Shown piece after piece: positions 12,201 through 27,200 of a stretch of 64,000 bases of DNA. Both the position numbers and the translations under genes were made by a program. Within the stretch, counting starts at the first letter, position 1; each line of letters begins with the position of its first letter. The notes below the pieces were generated by a model, which saw nothing but the letters and a program-made list of their open reading frames with translations, was not told the origin of the DNA and made no database searches. Source of the DNA: Lytechinus pictus (lineage: Eukaryota); NCBI RefSeq assembly GCF_037042905.1, contig NC_087245.1, positions 31,064,001 through 31,128,000 on the forward strand. The letters are read 5' to 3'.

Positions 12201-15200
12201 CTTTTCATACTAATAGTAAAGTTCCTCCTACAAAATATCTTCAAATGCAAGATACTTGCTTCAAGAAGTGCGGAAGGCTCTACTGAAATTAGGAAATTCT
12301 AAAAGAATACCTTTAAGATATGTAATGTGCATTACACATGTATCGATAATGGCCTTTCAGTAGGAATCAAAGAATTTTTTTTTAATGAAGGTTTGACCAG
12401 AATACCTTAAAAGATCAAACAATTGAATAACCACTACTGATTTTCTCTGTATTTTCTTACGGATTGGATCCTTGGCGACAGCAGCTTCAGACGAGCGGCT
12501 GGGCTTGCCCTCTCCTGCATCGTTCTCGGCGACAACTCTGAACTGGTATTCTAGGCCTTCCCTGAGGTTGGGGACTGTAGAGACTGTATCTCTGATGGGG
12601 AAGGAGTTGGCGCGTTGCCACTCTCTGGCGTCCGTTGGGCGGAACTCAACGAAGTACCCTGTGACAGGGCTGCCGCCATCATGATCGGGAGGTGCCCAGG
12701 AGAGGTCTGCGCTGTTGCGGGTCATGCCATCGATCTTTGGTGCAGGAGGTGCATCAGGCTCATCTATGTGAAAGACAAGAAGGAAAATAAATTTACTACA
12801 TAATAGCTGCCACCCTGCACAATCCTTCAAGAACCAATCTTAGAAATTAAATTTCTGTGTGGTACATGTTTATCTGCTAGCACGTAGCAAAATATGTTAC
12901 AGGAGTGTGATGAAAAGTTATGAAAATTAATGAGTGGAAGTAAGAAATTTTATGCAGATAACAATACAGCTTGCGTATAAATATGAGTAGCATCTCAGAA
13001 AAATATCAGTCTACAAGATTGATGCAATAGATCTTTCAGAGCAAAGAATGGTCCGATCCTTACCAAACGGCAACTTGACCTTGACTGTGCGTCCTTCTAG
13101 AGGTTCACTGGTGCCGTACTGGTTGATGGCACAGATACGGAATACATAGTCATTCTGGTAGGTGAGGTCCTTTACCACACAGCTGGTAGTGGGTGCACTG
13201 GATGTGACGCGGGTCCAGATATCGTTCTTGGGGCTGCGGCGCTCCACAGAGTAGCCAGAGACGGCGCTGTTGCCATCCTGCTCTGGAGCCTTCCAGGACA
13301 GACGGACTGATTCCTTGGTGAACTCGGAGTACTCGATGGGGCCTTGAGGTGCAGTGGGACGGTCTAGTATATGAAGAAAAATGACACAAAGTACAGATAA
13401 GGTGTCTAAACTCAATCAAGAATTCAGTCTAGAAAAGTACTGTATAATCTTACCTATATACTAAGAAAAAATTGAACCTTTATCAAATGTAATACCTCAA
13501 CAAGAAATCTTAAGGTCTTATGCCTTAAGTGCCTTTAAAAAGGAACACTCACATCAAGAAGTCTAAAGAAAATTAGCTCACCCAAGACGACGACACTGAC
13601 TGAATAGCTGTCTGATCCACGGCTGTTGTCCAGCTTGATCAGGTAAGAACCCTGATCACCACGCTCAGCGCTGGAGCAGACCAGGTTGGAGCTGGACTCG
13701 GTGGTATCCACGTTGAAACGGTCCAATGGTTTCATCTCCTTGTTGTCCTTCAGCCACTCAACCTCGGGGGCTGGAGCACCAACGAATGGGACATTGATGT
13801 CGAAGCGGGTTCCAGCCTTGACACGGAGATCACCAAGCCCAAAGCCACTGGTGTCGATCTTTGGCGCCTCTGCAGGATGGGAGAAAGGAGATTTTATCTT
13901 TATTAGAACCAACTAGGAGATTGTCCAAAATGTACACTGTGAATTAGCAGGAGAGCAATGAGTTGACCCTAGAGGGAGAATAACTTGATCTTCATCCCAT
14001 ATTTTCATATTCTTCAATACTTGAGAATATCCACTTGCCTTCTTCTCATAAGAATAAACAAACATTAAAGTTACATATTGCAAAGGATTTCAAATTTCCA
14101 TGTTAACTACTGTAGGTCACACTGCATAAGGAGGATTAGCATTTCTACATTAGAAACACCTCTGCAAGTAACCACTAACTTACAATATGTCTCAGGTTTC
14201 TACAGACATGACCACCCCCCCCCCCCACAAAAAAGGGAAAGTGGGTGGCATTGAAACACACTAACTAAACATAAACCTGACAAGATAAACAATCAGTACA
14301 GGCCTCCTGTGAAAACATTGCTTAAGCCTTGTCCACTTCATGGTAATTTATAGCTATGTTGCTTTTGACAGCAGGTGCCCTAGAATGACAAAGCAGGGGC
14401 CTGTTTCATAAATAGTTGCTATGGTAACTTTGCCATTAGAATCGAGGTTCCGATAGTAGTTATGATAATGGCAAAGTTAAAAGAGTAAGTCTTCATGAAA
14501 CAGGCCCCCTGGAGGTTTTAAAGTTAGGATGGTGACTAACCATACTGAGCTTTGGCAACATGGTGGTCAGACTCTGGACTCGGGGTTCCAAGGCCAGCCC
14601 TGTTCTCTGCAAACACCCTGAAGAGGTACTCCCTGCCAGTGATGAGGTTCGTCACGGTGAAGGAGGTTGCCTTGACTGCCTCGCGGGTCGCCTTCACCCA
14701 GCGGGTGCTGCGAGACTCCCTCCTCTCGACAATATATCCGCTGATCTTGTCTCCTCCGTCGGACGATGGGGCGTCCCATTCAAGGTCTGCAGTGGTCTTG
14801 TCGTAGGTTGGGATGCGAGGTTTGCCAGGAGAGGCTGGAGCCTCTGTAAATGTTGAAACAAGAAAATTTGACATTATAAGGACAGTGTGAATTCAATAAT
14901 TAAAATACAAAAATCACGGATAAAGTGTATAAAAAGGAAGTCTTTCCAAATATGGAAAGAATTGTACAGTCAAATATCCAACAAGCCCATTTCTATTGCT
15001 CCTTTATTAACTGCAATATACTGTCAATTATGTATTCATTCATATGGTGACTGGTTGGAATACTCCCCAGGGAGTGGAAGATAAGCATACATCATGTGCG
15101 GGAATGACTGATTGAAACCGATGACCAGGGGAAATAATAAATTGGTTAGCCCTTAGATACTGTACTTTTACGTATAATGTTTGTTTTGAGCCCCTTATAA

Positions 15201-18200
15201 ATTTCCAGATTATCATTATTGTTGTTACTATTATACCATATTGTGAACAAAAACTAGTAAGAGTCAATAACTCTGATAAATTTTTTGAATTCCTGGATAA
15301 CATGTCAGATACAGGATCATGACCAACACTTACCATATGGATTCTTTGCCTTGACCTGTTCAGATTCCAGGGGCTCGCTGGTGAATCCTGCTGAGTTCTC
15401 AGCACGGACCCTGAACTTGTAGGTGGTTCCCTGGTTGAGCTTGGTGGCTGTACCCTTAGGTTCCTGGCAGAAGCCAGTTACCTTGGACCAGTAGTCATCA
15501 TTGGCCTCGGCCTTCTCGATAATGTAATTCAGGATATCACTGCCACCATCATCTTCGGGTGGCTGCCATGCCAGCGAACATTTATCAGCATAGACTTCAG
15601 AAATCTCGAGAGGTCCACGTGGAGGACTTGGGCGGTCTGTGGTGGAATGGTACAAAAGAAATTTGGATTAGTGATGACAATGGTACAATGGGCACAGCTT
15701 CCTCAGATTAACTGCAAACATCTGATTTCCTGTGATCCTTTAATGAAGCAAATACAGTATGCAGGAATAGCAAGTGGAGATCATTTTCAACAATTTCGTT
15801 TTCAGGGATTTATCCATGATATCAAGTTTGTATTCCAACTTCAAAGTTCAACAAGAAAATCAACTTCTCTAAAGCAAAACGAGCTGAAGGGTGAATTTCT
15901 GTATACTAACAGTGAGTTATATGTACAGGTAAAGTTTTCACTTTATAACGTTTGCAATACCTTCAGGAAACGTTTGACCTTACCTTGCACGACGACACTG
16001 CAGCTTGTCTTGACATCACCAGATTCATTGGTCAGCTTGAGCTCATAAGTTCCGGTGTCCGACCTCTCGGCCATCTTGACCTTGATCTCGGTCAGTTCCT
16101 CCTCGTTAGTGAGTTTCAGATGGTCTGAACCAGTGACCTTGTTCCCGTTAAGGGTCCAGCTGATCTCTGGGGTTGGAGCGCCCTCAAAGTTGACCAAAAG
16201 GAGGAATTCCTGGCCTGCCTTAATCTTGACGTCACGCAGCTTGTCTCCCTTGAGTTCGGGGCGAGCTGGAAAGCAGTGAACAAAATTTCACTTACTAAAA
16301 TGATAATCTACAATTTCTCAATTCAGTTACCACAGAAATGAATGCTCGAAAGATGGAGAGCAATCAATGCCACTATGGAAATAATAGATTGTTACTTTAA
16401 TTCTGCATCAAGCCTTTAATTGTACTTGAATGGCAGATTTCAATATTTCTTCAAACAGTCATAAATAGTATGCTGCAAAGTACAAGGACAATTCATTCAA
16501 TGTTACACCTCTGCCAACGTTCCACAAAATTTCTGCAAATTGTAGGCTATGCTAGATCGTGAGGACTCACGGGATTGATATAAGAGCAACACACTCACCA
16601 AACTTTGGTTTCGTCTTCTGAGGTGCCGAGCACTCGCTAAACTTGCCGGTGCCTGCCTTGTTGACTGCTGCTACCCTGAACTCCAGTTCCTTGTTGGTTG
16701 GAAGGTTGTTCACCTTGTACTTGGTGCCCTTGACAGGGCTGACGGTGACCTCCTGCCAGCGGCCAGTTCCGCCTGCCTCTCGCTTCTCCACGACGTAACC
16801 TTCGATGGGTGCGCCGCCGTCCTTCTTGGGCTTGGCCCACTCGAGCTCGACGAAGTCCCTGTCGTAGTCGACGACTTCTGGGACACCAGGTGCACTAGGC
16901 TCGTCTGTGAATGAAAAGTGATTCACGTGTGAGATTAAGAGATATAATCTTCAGAGTACAATAAGCAATGAATACACAGGAAGGTTACAAGCCATCAGAA
17001 AATTGTTAATGACTAACTTATGATAAGTGACGAATGATTCCTGCAAGTCTCATAATTGTTTCCCTTAAAGGCATACGCATGCGCAGTTTGGCTATAACGC
17101 AAGGCAATGCCCCACATGAATGATGTGACAGTATTTGTAACTTCTGCATGAACATGTCCTGCCTATAATAATAATAGGCATTTATATAGCACCATTTATC
17201 TAGAAATATTCTATTCCAAGGCGCACAAGAAACGAAAGAATGAGAAAGTTTGGATGAGAGTCAAATAGCCAATAACTAATACCGTTAGAAAAGATAAGAC
17301 TTCAGTTTAGATTTGAAGGCTCCAGTGATGGTATAATTCTTAAATTCAACAGCAAATTATTCCAGAGAGGTGCTGAGGCAGAGAAAGCTCGCACACCATA
17401 TGCTACACGTGTCTTGGGAGTCTCAAGAAGTTGCTGGTGTGATGATCTTAGGCTACGAGCTGGTGTATAAGGCATGACAAGGTCTTGTAGATATTTCGGT
17501 GCCATACCATATAACATTTTCCAAGTGAGAAGAAGTATTTCAAATTCTATACGCTTCCGGATTGGCAACCGATGTAACTTTTGGAGAATTGGTGAAATGT
17601 GTTGATATTTTGATGTACCAGTTAAAACCCTGGCAGCTGTATTCTGAGCATACTGAAGTTTATTGACATTGCGTGAGGTTATATTAAAATGCGTAAACCT
17701 CGCATGAATATGACGTTCTCTATGCCCTGCATTGTCACAAATTCGAATCGTGCCAATGCAGGAACCAAAAATCATGCAAGTGTCAGAGCAGCAATAGTCG
17801 GCTTCCCACATTACTTCCTTACCAACCTGCCTGGAGAATCAACTTTGAAGGTAAAATAATGAACGACTATTCTTTGGGTATTTCATTTAAACTCTGCACT
17901 TTCAGGACAGTATTTCATTCTGATCTTCATTCTACAGCTCTCGCTAGTCTTCATGTTACAATAGTAATGAGGAGATCTGGGGAACGTTTCACAAAGATTA
18001 GAAAGACTTTCAGTCATGCTTAAATGCCAATGTGCGCACGATATGTAACGCAGAAGTGCATGATCTTACCAATGTGGTAGTGCCTTTTGTACTGCATGAA
18101 GTGCGACTCAAAGCCACACTTAAATCTTTGTGAAACCCCCACCTGGTTATTATGATAATGCAATTTAAGCGAAAATTTATAATAATAGGGAAAAAGTCCA

Positions 18201-21200
18201 AAAGCACCGCAAATCATTTTGAAATGTCACACTAAAAATAGGCGAGGCTGAAGAAGATGAGTTGACAAATGAATGAAAAGTTGAGAATGGAAATGTCTTG
18301 TGAATCATCTAATTGTCTAATAAAAGAAAGAAAAGATCCGATCCAACATACCATAAGGGTTCTTGGCAATGACAGACTTGGAAGCTTCAAGCCACTTGCT
18401 GACTCCTTCAGAGTTCTCTGCTGCCACACGGAACATGTACTCTGTGCCTTCAACAAGACGGGTAACCTAAAAGAAAAAGCACATGAAATACAAGAACTGT
18501 TGATTGTCTACCATCCATTTGCTGTACCAATCAATATATTCAACCAGAAGTAGATATATGTGCAGGTGACTCTGTCTTGTCTCTAGAGACCACAAAATCC
18601 GTTTGACTTTTGCGAAATATGACTAAAAAGACATTATAAACACATGTTTTGCCTACTGTGGTCTGAAATAATACTTCCAAGTTATAGTAAATGTACAGTG
18701 TAGGTGATTATTCAACTTGTAGAAGGACGACTTATGCAGAGTCTACTGTACTTATCAAAAGATTCTTGTCCTGGACATTTGTTCTTGGCCAATCGGATAT
18801 CCCCATTACAGAAGCTTATAACAGCTAGAGCACCACGTACCTTGAGAGTGGTGTCCCTGGTCGTGTCGTTGATGACAGACCATCCTGATCGTCGGACGTC
18901 ACGCTTCTCAACGATGTAGTTGGCGAGGGGGATTCCACCGTCATCTTCGGGTGGGTTCCAGTTGAGAGTAAGGTACTCTGAGAAGACGTCGGTGATCTCC
19001 AGTGGAGCTTTAGGCTGCATCGGCTTGTCTGGATGGAAAAAGAATGTTAAAATCCATGGTCATTTTCTGTATCGGACATGGTGGCTCAATGGTAGAGCGC
19101 TCACCTCATGAGGTTGTGGTCATGAGGTCATGGGTTTGATCCCTGGTCAAGTCACTACAAAGACTTAAAAAATGGGACCTTCTGCCTTCTTACCAGGCGC
19201 CAAATATTTTAGAAAGGACAAGGGAAACGATAGCTTTGTGTTATGCAGGTAAAGTGTTTATCCTAAGTAAATAAGAATTATTATTTCAAAATTACCAAGG
19301 ATACAGATACCATTCATCAGTTACAAGTTGTAGAGAAAATGGTGGAGAATTTGAGTCCACACTTCTACATGTATGTCATGCTAGGTTTCACCTTACATGT
19401 ACTTCTTCAATATACATGGTAAAGACGAGTTATAATTTTGGTATGATTGTTAGACTTTTTTGTCCGACATCCATTTGGTCTTGCACAACTTAGTCTATAT
19501 CTATAAAGATGAACTTTTATAAACCACTTTTCATTTGAAAATATAAAAAGTAACAAGTATACAAAGCTGAAATTAGACCAACCGGGCATTAGACTAAATG
19601 AGAATTTAGTCTAGCACAAAGATGAACTTTTATAAACCACTTTCACTTTTCATTCCAAAACATAAGAATTAATAAGTACACAAAGTGCAAAATTAGATCA
19701 ACTGGACATTAGACTACTTTGGTATTCATTCAATTGTAGTGTAGTGTAGACCAAGCAGCAATTAGACCAAATGGATTTAGCCCATATGGTATTAGACTAT
19801 CTGGTAAGTAGACAAACTGCTTGTTGGCCTGGTGAATATATAACTGCAATTAGACCAAATTGGGTTTGGCCCAAGTGGTATTAGACTATCTGGGAAGTAG
19901 ACCAACTGCTTGTTGGCCTGGTGAACATAAACTGCAATTAGACCAAATTGATTGTAGACCAAATTGGGTTTGGCCCAAGTGGTATTGGACTATCTGAAAA
20001 GAAGGCCAACAAATCAAGTGCATAAAAACTAATTGAAATGCAGTGGTGTTTCACCAACTATTTGGAAGGATCTTCCTTACCTATGACGGTGACCTGTGCA
20101 GTGGCGGTCTCGGTACCGTAGGGGTTCTGGACAGTGACAGTGTAACCACCCGAGTCTCCGCGGGTTGCTCCCCATGTAGACAATTCAGTCTCGACTGGGG
20201 TGCTTCGCATCTGAAAATGAAATGCAAGACGTATTTTCATTGGAGATCTTGGTTAGGTGGTAATTACCGTCAATGTATAACTTGAAATAAACCCAGGGTG
20301 ACGAAAAGCAATGAGGTGTTGGCAGAGGACATGAGTGCCATTTGATAAATTTGAATCATGAACCTCAATCAAATACTTACCCACTAGACAAGGAAATCTA
20401 TGTGCTTATCAACCACGTAAAGCAAATATACATGGCAAAGAAAATGTTTCAAACAAACAAAAGGAAAATGTATTACAGAATGAAAAGTAGGAAAAATATC
20501 CCCAGGGCAGATCCTCTTTCCTTAAAAAAAACACAAATTTTCCCACATTCCTATCAAGAAAGTGACAAACTGTCCCTGCTTGCCACCAAAAAGAAGCGAG
20601 AGATATTAGTACCTTGACTCTTTCATCTCCAACGAGTTCTTTGGAGCTGTGAGACCACTTGGCTGTCGGGTAGGGGGTTCCTGAGAACTTGAGGTTGAGC
20701 TTGAAGGTCTGTCCCGCCTTCACAGTCTGGTCACGCATATTCTTCAGCTCAAGTTTGGGTGGGACTGAGAGGGTAAAAAAAAAAAAGTATTTATAATTTG
20801 AATGTAGAATTCCTGAAAAAAGTAACCTATGATCTGACTTTAATTTTATACTGATATGACTTAAAGCTTAGTTGAGACTGCAAATTTATCATTTGAGTGT
20901 TCCTGCAAATAATTGTCAAGCTTGGGTAGTAATACAAAGATAAATAACAAGAATGTCTCATTAGAATGTTAGATTTCTAGCAAATAGTTTTGATGCTTGT
21001 AAAGAAATTGATGGCTTCAACTTTGGTAGATATAGATAACACAGTTTTCATGACCTAAAACTGACATGAATAATTTGTTTAAAAATGTCCTCTCTCCTTT
21101 ATCCTCAGATGAATACAGATGTTTTGAATATTTTCTCATAATATAAACAAATAGAAAACGATCTTATTTGAGATTCAGAGTATCAATACAAAAATATAGA

Positions 21201-24200
21201 TATTCTGCATATTATTAGTTCATAGTAATGGCCAAATCAGCTAAAAGTCATAGCTGCTATTAAAAATACAATTGCTGTGGCATCACAATGAATATGAAGT
21301 TCTGGGCAGCGTTTCATCAACATTTTGTCCGACAAGTTGTCAGACCTGACAACTTTCCTTGATTGTGATTGGCTGAGAAGCACTGTTACTATGGTAACTG
21401 TCTGATGAAATGGGACTTGTTGGATAAAACATCCCACAAGCCTTTTCATAAAACGCTTCCTAGAATTCGCTTTATATCTATATTATAGATGAAATAACCA
21501 TAAATTTACACTCAAGCGTTCATACTCCCAAATCAGATCGTAGACAATCTTAAATTGTGCGATGACCTTAAGACTTACTTTCAGGATCCTTTGCGGTGAT
21601 TGATCCTGTATTGTTGGATGGCTGACTGAGACCAGCCTCGTTCTCAGCCACAACTCGGAGATCATAGTCTTCGCCTTCTTCAGCGGGTACCTATGCAAAA
21701 AAGAATACCATTGTGATCCATATATAAGAAAAAATAACATTATAATGCATATAAGAAAATACCATTTTACTTCATATAAGAATAAAAAATAATACCATTA
21801 TAATCCAGATATAAGAAAGAAGAATAGTATTATAATGCATATGTGAAAAAAAAATCATTATAATGCACTTAAGAAAAATAAAATACTATTATAATGCATA
21901 TAAAAAATAATTAGATTATAATGGTTTTCGTTAGGCTGCCGTCCCCTACAGCCGTCGTACGGGAAGTCGAAAACAGCTGTGTTATCTAATTCTATTCAAA
22001 CCACCCATATGTAGCTGGTACAAAAAAAGTTAAAACGGCTGTTTTTTACTCGCCATACAGCGGGAAATGTGACAACACCATAAAGGTTTGAATGTATATA
22101 ATCTAGTATGGCCCACTTACAGTAAACTTGGTTCCCCTGATGGGTGATTTGTTGACCCTCTCCCACTTGCCAGTGTCTGGGTTGAGCTTCTCAACATGGT
22201 ATCCCTGGACAGGACTGCCTCCATCCTGCTTGGGTTTGGTCCATTCAAGAGGGATCTTATCCTTGGTGATGTCACCAACGACAAGATCTCCTGGTGAAGA
22301 GGCAGGATCTGTACAGAAAAAGAAAATGTTTGTTGTATCAACACTGACAATTTTTTTCTGTATCAAATCCAATTTATTTATTTTATGCAATATAATTATT
22401 TGAAAAGTGAGATATGTTACAAACAATTTTTTTTTAATTAAGTTTGAGATTTATAATCCAATTCATTTATCTTATGCAATATAATAATTTGAAAAGTGAG
22501 ATATGTTGCAAAAACTGTTTTTTAAGTTTGGGAGTTATAATCCAATTAATTTATCTTATGCAATATAATAATTTGAAAAGTGAGATATGTTGCAAAAACT
22601 ATTCATTTATTTGGAGTTATATGGAATATTTAGTTCTTGGAAATTGGACATGTGTGGTTTCAATCCAATTTTTTTATTTGTATATTTTATAGAATATATG
22701 ATAATATTTGAAGAAGAAAAAATGAAGGGGGATGTTTGGTTGTTATATGGAAGCTTTAGTTATTGGAAATGTACAAATGTTTGTGGTTTCAATTCATTTT
22801 ATGCAATATATGATATCATTTAAAAAGGAAAAAGATATTAAAAAAATGGACAGAATGTGAGTTACAGGGAAGGAACAAACCATGGAAAAATTAAACATAT
22901 TCATGTTTAGATTCTCTATAAGAATAAAATCACAGGTTAATTTATCATCTGTGTTATTAACAATTATGTCAAAAGGTATATTTCAAAATTAGCTATTCAT
23001 AATCTTCAGTCAATGAGAGACCAAACAGTATTGGTCAGTTTGCTCCATGTTGAAAGGTTTGAAGCAGTACTCACCAATGGGTTCCCTTGCAAGAGCAGCT
23101 TTGCTCGGCTTGCTAGGCTCACTGGTTCCGACCTTGTTGATGGCTGAAACCCTGAACTGGTATTCGGATCCCTGGGTAAGACCTTCAAAGGAAAACAAGA
23201 AGATAAGGAAAATTCAAAATCATTCATTGAAACATTGAAGCAGGTTATTTGGGGGATTTGTGCTCAATCTGTCTTACCTGCTAACATTGAAACCAGACAG
23301 ATGGGCGCATCTCCTGAACTTAAACCATGGTCTAACTCGGCGCTAAAATTATGGGAAGCCGAAAATATCATAATCTTGTTTACGTTGATTGATTCTTATG
23401 TTTATCAAAATCTTTCTTCATGCATTAATGGGACAGTGAACAATTTTTATTATTATTCTCACATAGTTCTGAATGATTGGAGAGCCAAATAAGCTGATAA
23501 ATTTAAGCTCTTCTGTCAGAATCTTGTGTCACAATTGGCTATCCATAGTTAGACCATTAGTTTAGTCGAGAGTTTAAATCAAACCCAGATTCAGAATACG
23601 GACTATGATGAATTTACAAAATAGCAACATACCATTAGAGATTTTAGCACAAAGCAAAAGAAAGAGAGAAAAAAAAGAATGTAAACAAGTTAGAGAGTGG
23701 AAAACAGAAAGTTTGAAGAAATAGGCAGTTGGCGAAGACAGGATTAAAGAATGGACAGTGCAACTCACCAGTTACGGTGTGCTTGGTCTTGTTGATGTCA
23801 TCCTTGGTGGCCTTGGACCACCTGTTGCTTGAGGTCTCCTTCTTCTCCAAGAAGTAGCCGGTGATGGGACGTCCTCCGTCAAATCCTGGCTTGGACCACT
23901 CCAGAGAGATGCAACCGTTGGCGGTGGCTATGACTTTGGGTGCGTCAGGGGCATCAGGAGGTTCTGGAACCAAGAGGAGAAATATTGTTTGTATCATTGT
24001 TAAAATTGAATCAGAGGTAAGGTGCTTGTACCTTGAATGAGGTCCAGGCTCTGGTTTGGTGGGTGTTTCAACATCATCAATAATATCACAAATACCATGA
24101 AGAATCACCAATAAAGAGAATATCCCCTTTCAAGAATATTACTTATCAAGATCACTACCATTACCAAGAACATTACCAACACCATCAGGAAAACCACCAA

Positions 24201-27200
24201 TGCCGTTACAAAGAATATCAGCGATACAATAAAGAATATCCCAATACCATCAAGGATACCTCCAACAACATCAAGAATACCACCAACACCATCAACAATC
24301 ATCAACACCATCAAGATCAAGAATACCACTAACACCATCAAAAATACCAAGAAACCATCAAGAATATCAACAACACCATCAAGGACATCACCAAGACCAT
24401 CAAGAATATCACCACCACCATCAAGAATATCACCAAAGCCATCAGGAATATAACCACTGCCATCAAGAATATCACCACCATCCAAAATATTTTTAACACC
24501 ACCCTAAGGAATATCACAAACACCGTCAAAAATAATATCAGCGATACCATCAAGAACATCACCACCATCATCTAACATCAAAGACACCCACGCATACACT
24601 GTGACCACCAGATGATTATCCCTTACCTGATGGTTCCTTGCACAGCTGTGGTTTGTCGGTCTGGGTTGGTTTGCTGGCTCCCACAGAATTCACTGCAGAA
24701 ACCTGGAAGAGGTACTCCTTACCCTCGGTGAGACCGGTGACTTGGTAGGTCTTGTCACGCACCCTGCTTTCAGCCACCTGTAAACACCAGGAATACCGTG
24801 TATACATGTAACTTGTCATATTGGTCTTATGATTGGCCCTGCCTCAGTACATCAAAGTTTTTTTCTCACAATTTTGTTTTATTTCTAGTGATAAATATAT
24901 TGATAACCATCTATTTGTTAACTAATAGCTTTGTTGGGTTTTTTAAGTCAAAAGACGCTTCTAATCTCTGAATGCACTTTGCCCCCATTCCACAGAGGGG
25001 AGACATTTGAAAGACCAAAAATTTGCAAGGTCTTGCAGCATTCTCCAAGATAACTGAAATTTGTCATCTCTGTGGAATGGCTTAAAAAGACCCCTCAAAG
25101 AACTCTGAAAGACCGCTGTAAGAATGTTTTGAACCGTTTCAAAAAGTTTTGGAGATCATGGAGACCACGAAGACCACTGAAAGATTCATCAGGAATCGTG
25201 AAAGACCTCAGAGATCTTTGGAAGTTTGTTGAAAGACCCTTGAAAGATCAAACAAGTTTCATGGTCTTACAGCAGTCTTTCAGAGGTCTTGCTTTCTGTG
25301 GAATGTGGGTTTTACCCATGAAAACCTTAATTGATTTGTGAATAATGTAAGCTCTAAAACATATATTTAAAAAGTAAAAAATCCTCCTACCACCCAAAAC
25401 CTGATTAAACAATTACATCAGGAGCCCGTTTCATTAAGACTTTAATAACAAATGCACAATTTTCATATCATAATCTCAATCAGCCAATCAGATTGAAGGA
25501 TTTCAGTAGCTGTTAACTGTTATTGCAAATAAATATTACAACATTATTTTATGAAACCGGACCCAGACATATAAGCAAAGTCAACAGCAGCCAATTCCTT
25601 GTCGGCTTTTACAAACAAAAATAATTTTCAAAACCTTGACATGTAATCACGTGAGGAGGAATTGAATTCTTGCAACAAGAGAAGAAGTTCTTTGTGACTC
25701 GCTTACCTCCCAGTTGGTAGCCCTCTTCTCTTTGTATTCCATCACGTAGTGAGAGACTGGAGAGTCGCCATCATCCTTGGGGGCCTCCCAAGTAAGGGTG
25801 ACAGTTTCCTCGTTGTACGCTGTCACCTTGACATCAGTAGGGGATCCAGGAAGGTCTGTAAGGAAGGTCAGAGGTCAAGGACAAAGGTCACAGATGTATA
25901 AACGTCAAGGCAATGAGCTAACATGAGAGAATATTGATTAGAAGGGGACAAAGGCTAAAGAAGTGAAGACATAAGGGCCTTACTGTGAAAAACATTAGAT
26001 TCACGCCAGCTTTTAGTAAATATTCACTTTGGTTTTCAATACTTCTTTATTACATTTATAATTTTTGTATTTATTTTATAGCCTCAAAAAGCATGATTTT
26101 ATAATAATCAACATTCTCATCAAACTGTGAATTGATTAATTTATGCTCATACTTTTGATTTTATAAGTATCAAAAGTGAAAATTGTAGTAAAATTGGAAT
26201 TGACAGTCAGGAGCACCACAGCTGGACAGGGACTTTTGGTTACAAGTTTGCTATACACAATACATTAAACATGATAATACCAACTGAACTAACCTACTAT
26301 ACTGACCCTTTCCAGATAAGAGGTACAAGAACAATAATACTGAACAAAAAATCTGAATATCCAAAATAATAACTGAAATATTCAAATTTCAAGAAAAAAG
26401 GATAAAAGGGAAGGGCGGTTGTTGTACTTACCAATAATCTTGACTTTGGCCGAGGCCTTCTGGCTTCCGTGCTTGTTGCTGATGTTGACACTGTACTCGG
26501 AGGAGTCGCTCCTTGCACACTTCATGATCACCAACGTGGCGTCGTTGGGAGTGGAGATGATCTGGATGCGGTCACCCTCCGAGAGTTTGGTGGTGCCCTT
26601 GGACCATTCCACTGTTGGGGCGGGGGAGCCAGAGATCTCCAGGTAGAGTTCCACCTGCTCGCCGGCGTTGGCCGTCACGTCCTTGAGGGTATCTGTCTTC
26701 AGACTTGGCTTCTCTGTTGTGGGGGAATCAGAGAGAATTATCATAAGTGATTTTTCACCACAATTTTCAGTTGAGAGGGATTTCAATATGAGCCCTAAGG
26801 ACTTCAATATCAGCTCCAAAAAAAAATGCAGTAATCATTTCAAACCACCACATACTAAAGTTGTACGATAAATTTCCATTGATCATTGGTGCATTTCATC
26901 CCATTTCTTTTTTTTTGTAATGGAAAGTGTACAAGACGTGCCATATAATATTAATATTGTGGACAATAGTGAGCCTGATAATATGAAAGGCAGAAAGACG
27001 AGGTGCCAAGAGTGAATATTAGCAAAATGCTAAAATCTGCAATCTTTGATTTTGATTCTCAGTAAATAATTAAAGTGCAAAGTTTGAGGCATGCATATTA
27101 CAACGCCTATAAATATCAGTAAAAAATATTAAGCCATTATTAAAGCTTGTAATTTTCTAAGAAAAATCACTGAATTGCACATTAACCAGAAAAATAGGTA

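Noticed and set aside
19074..19150. tRNA gene
   Set aside because: Only degenerate A/B boxes with no cloverleaf, and it continues into a SINE body; the same applies to about 35735-35810
19430..22610. CRISPR-like arrays
   Set aside because: Tandem repeats lack unique spacers, the context is eukaryotic, and there are no cas genes
24105..24571. Repetitive ORFs (DGGDILDG...)
   Set aside because: Translation of a 21-bp minisatellite; no splice evidence
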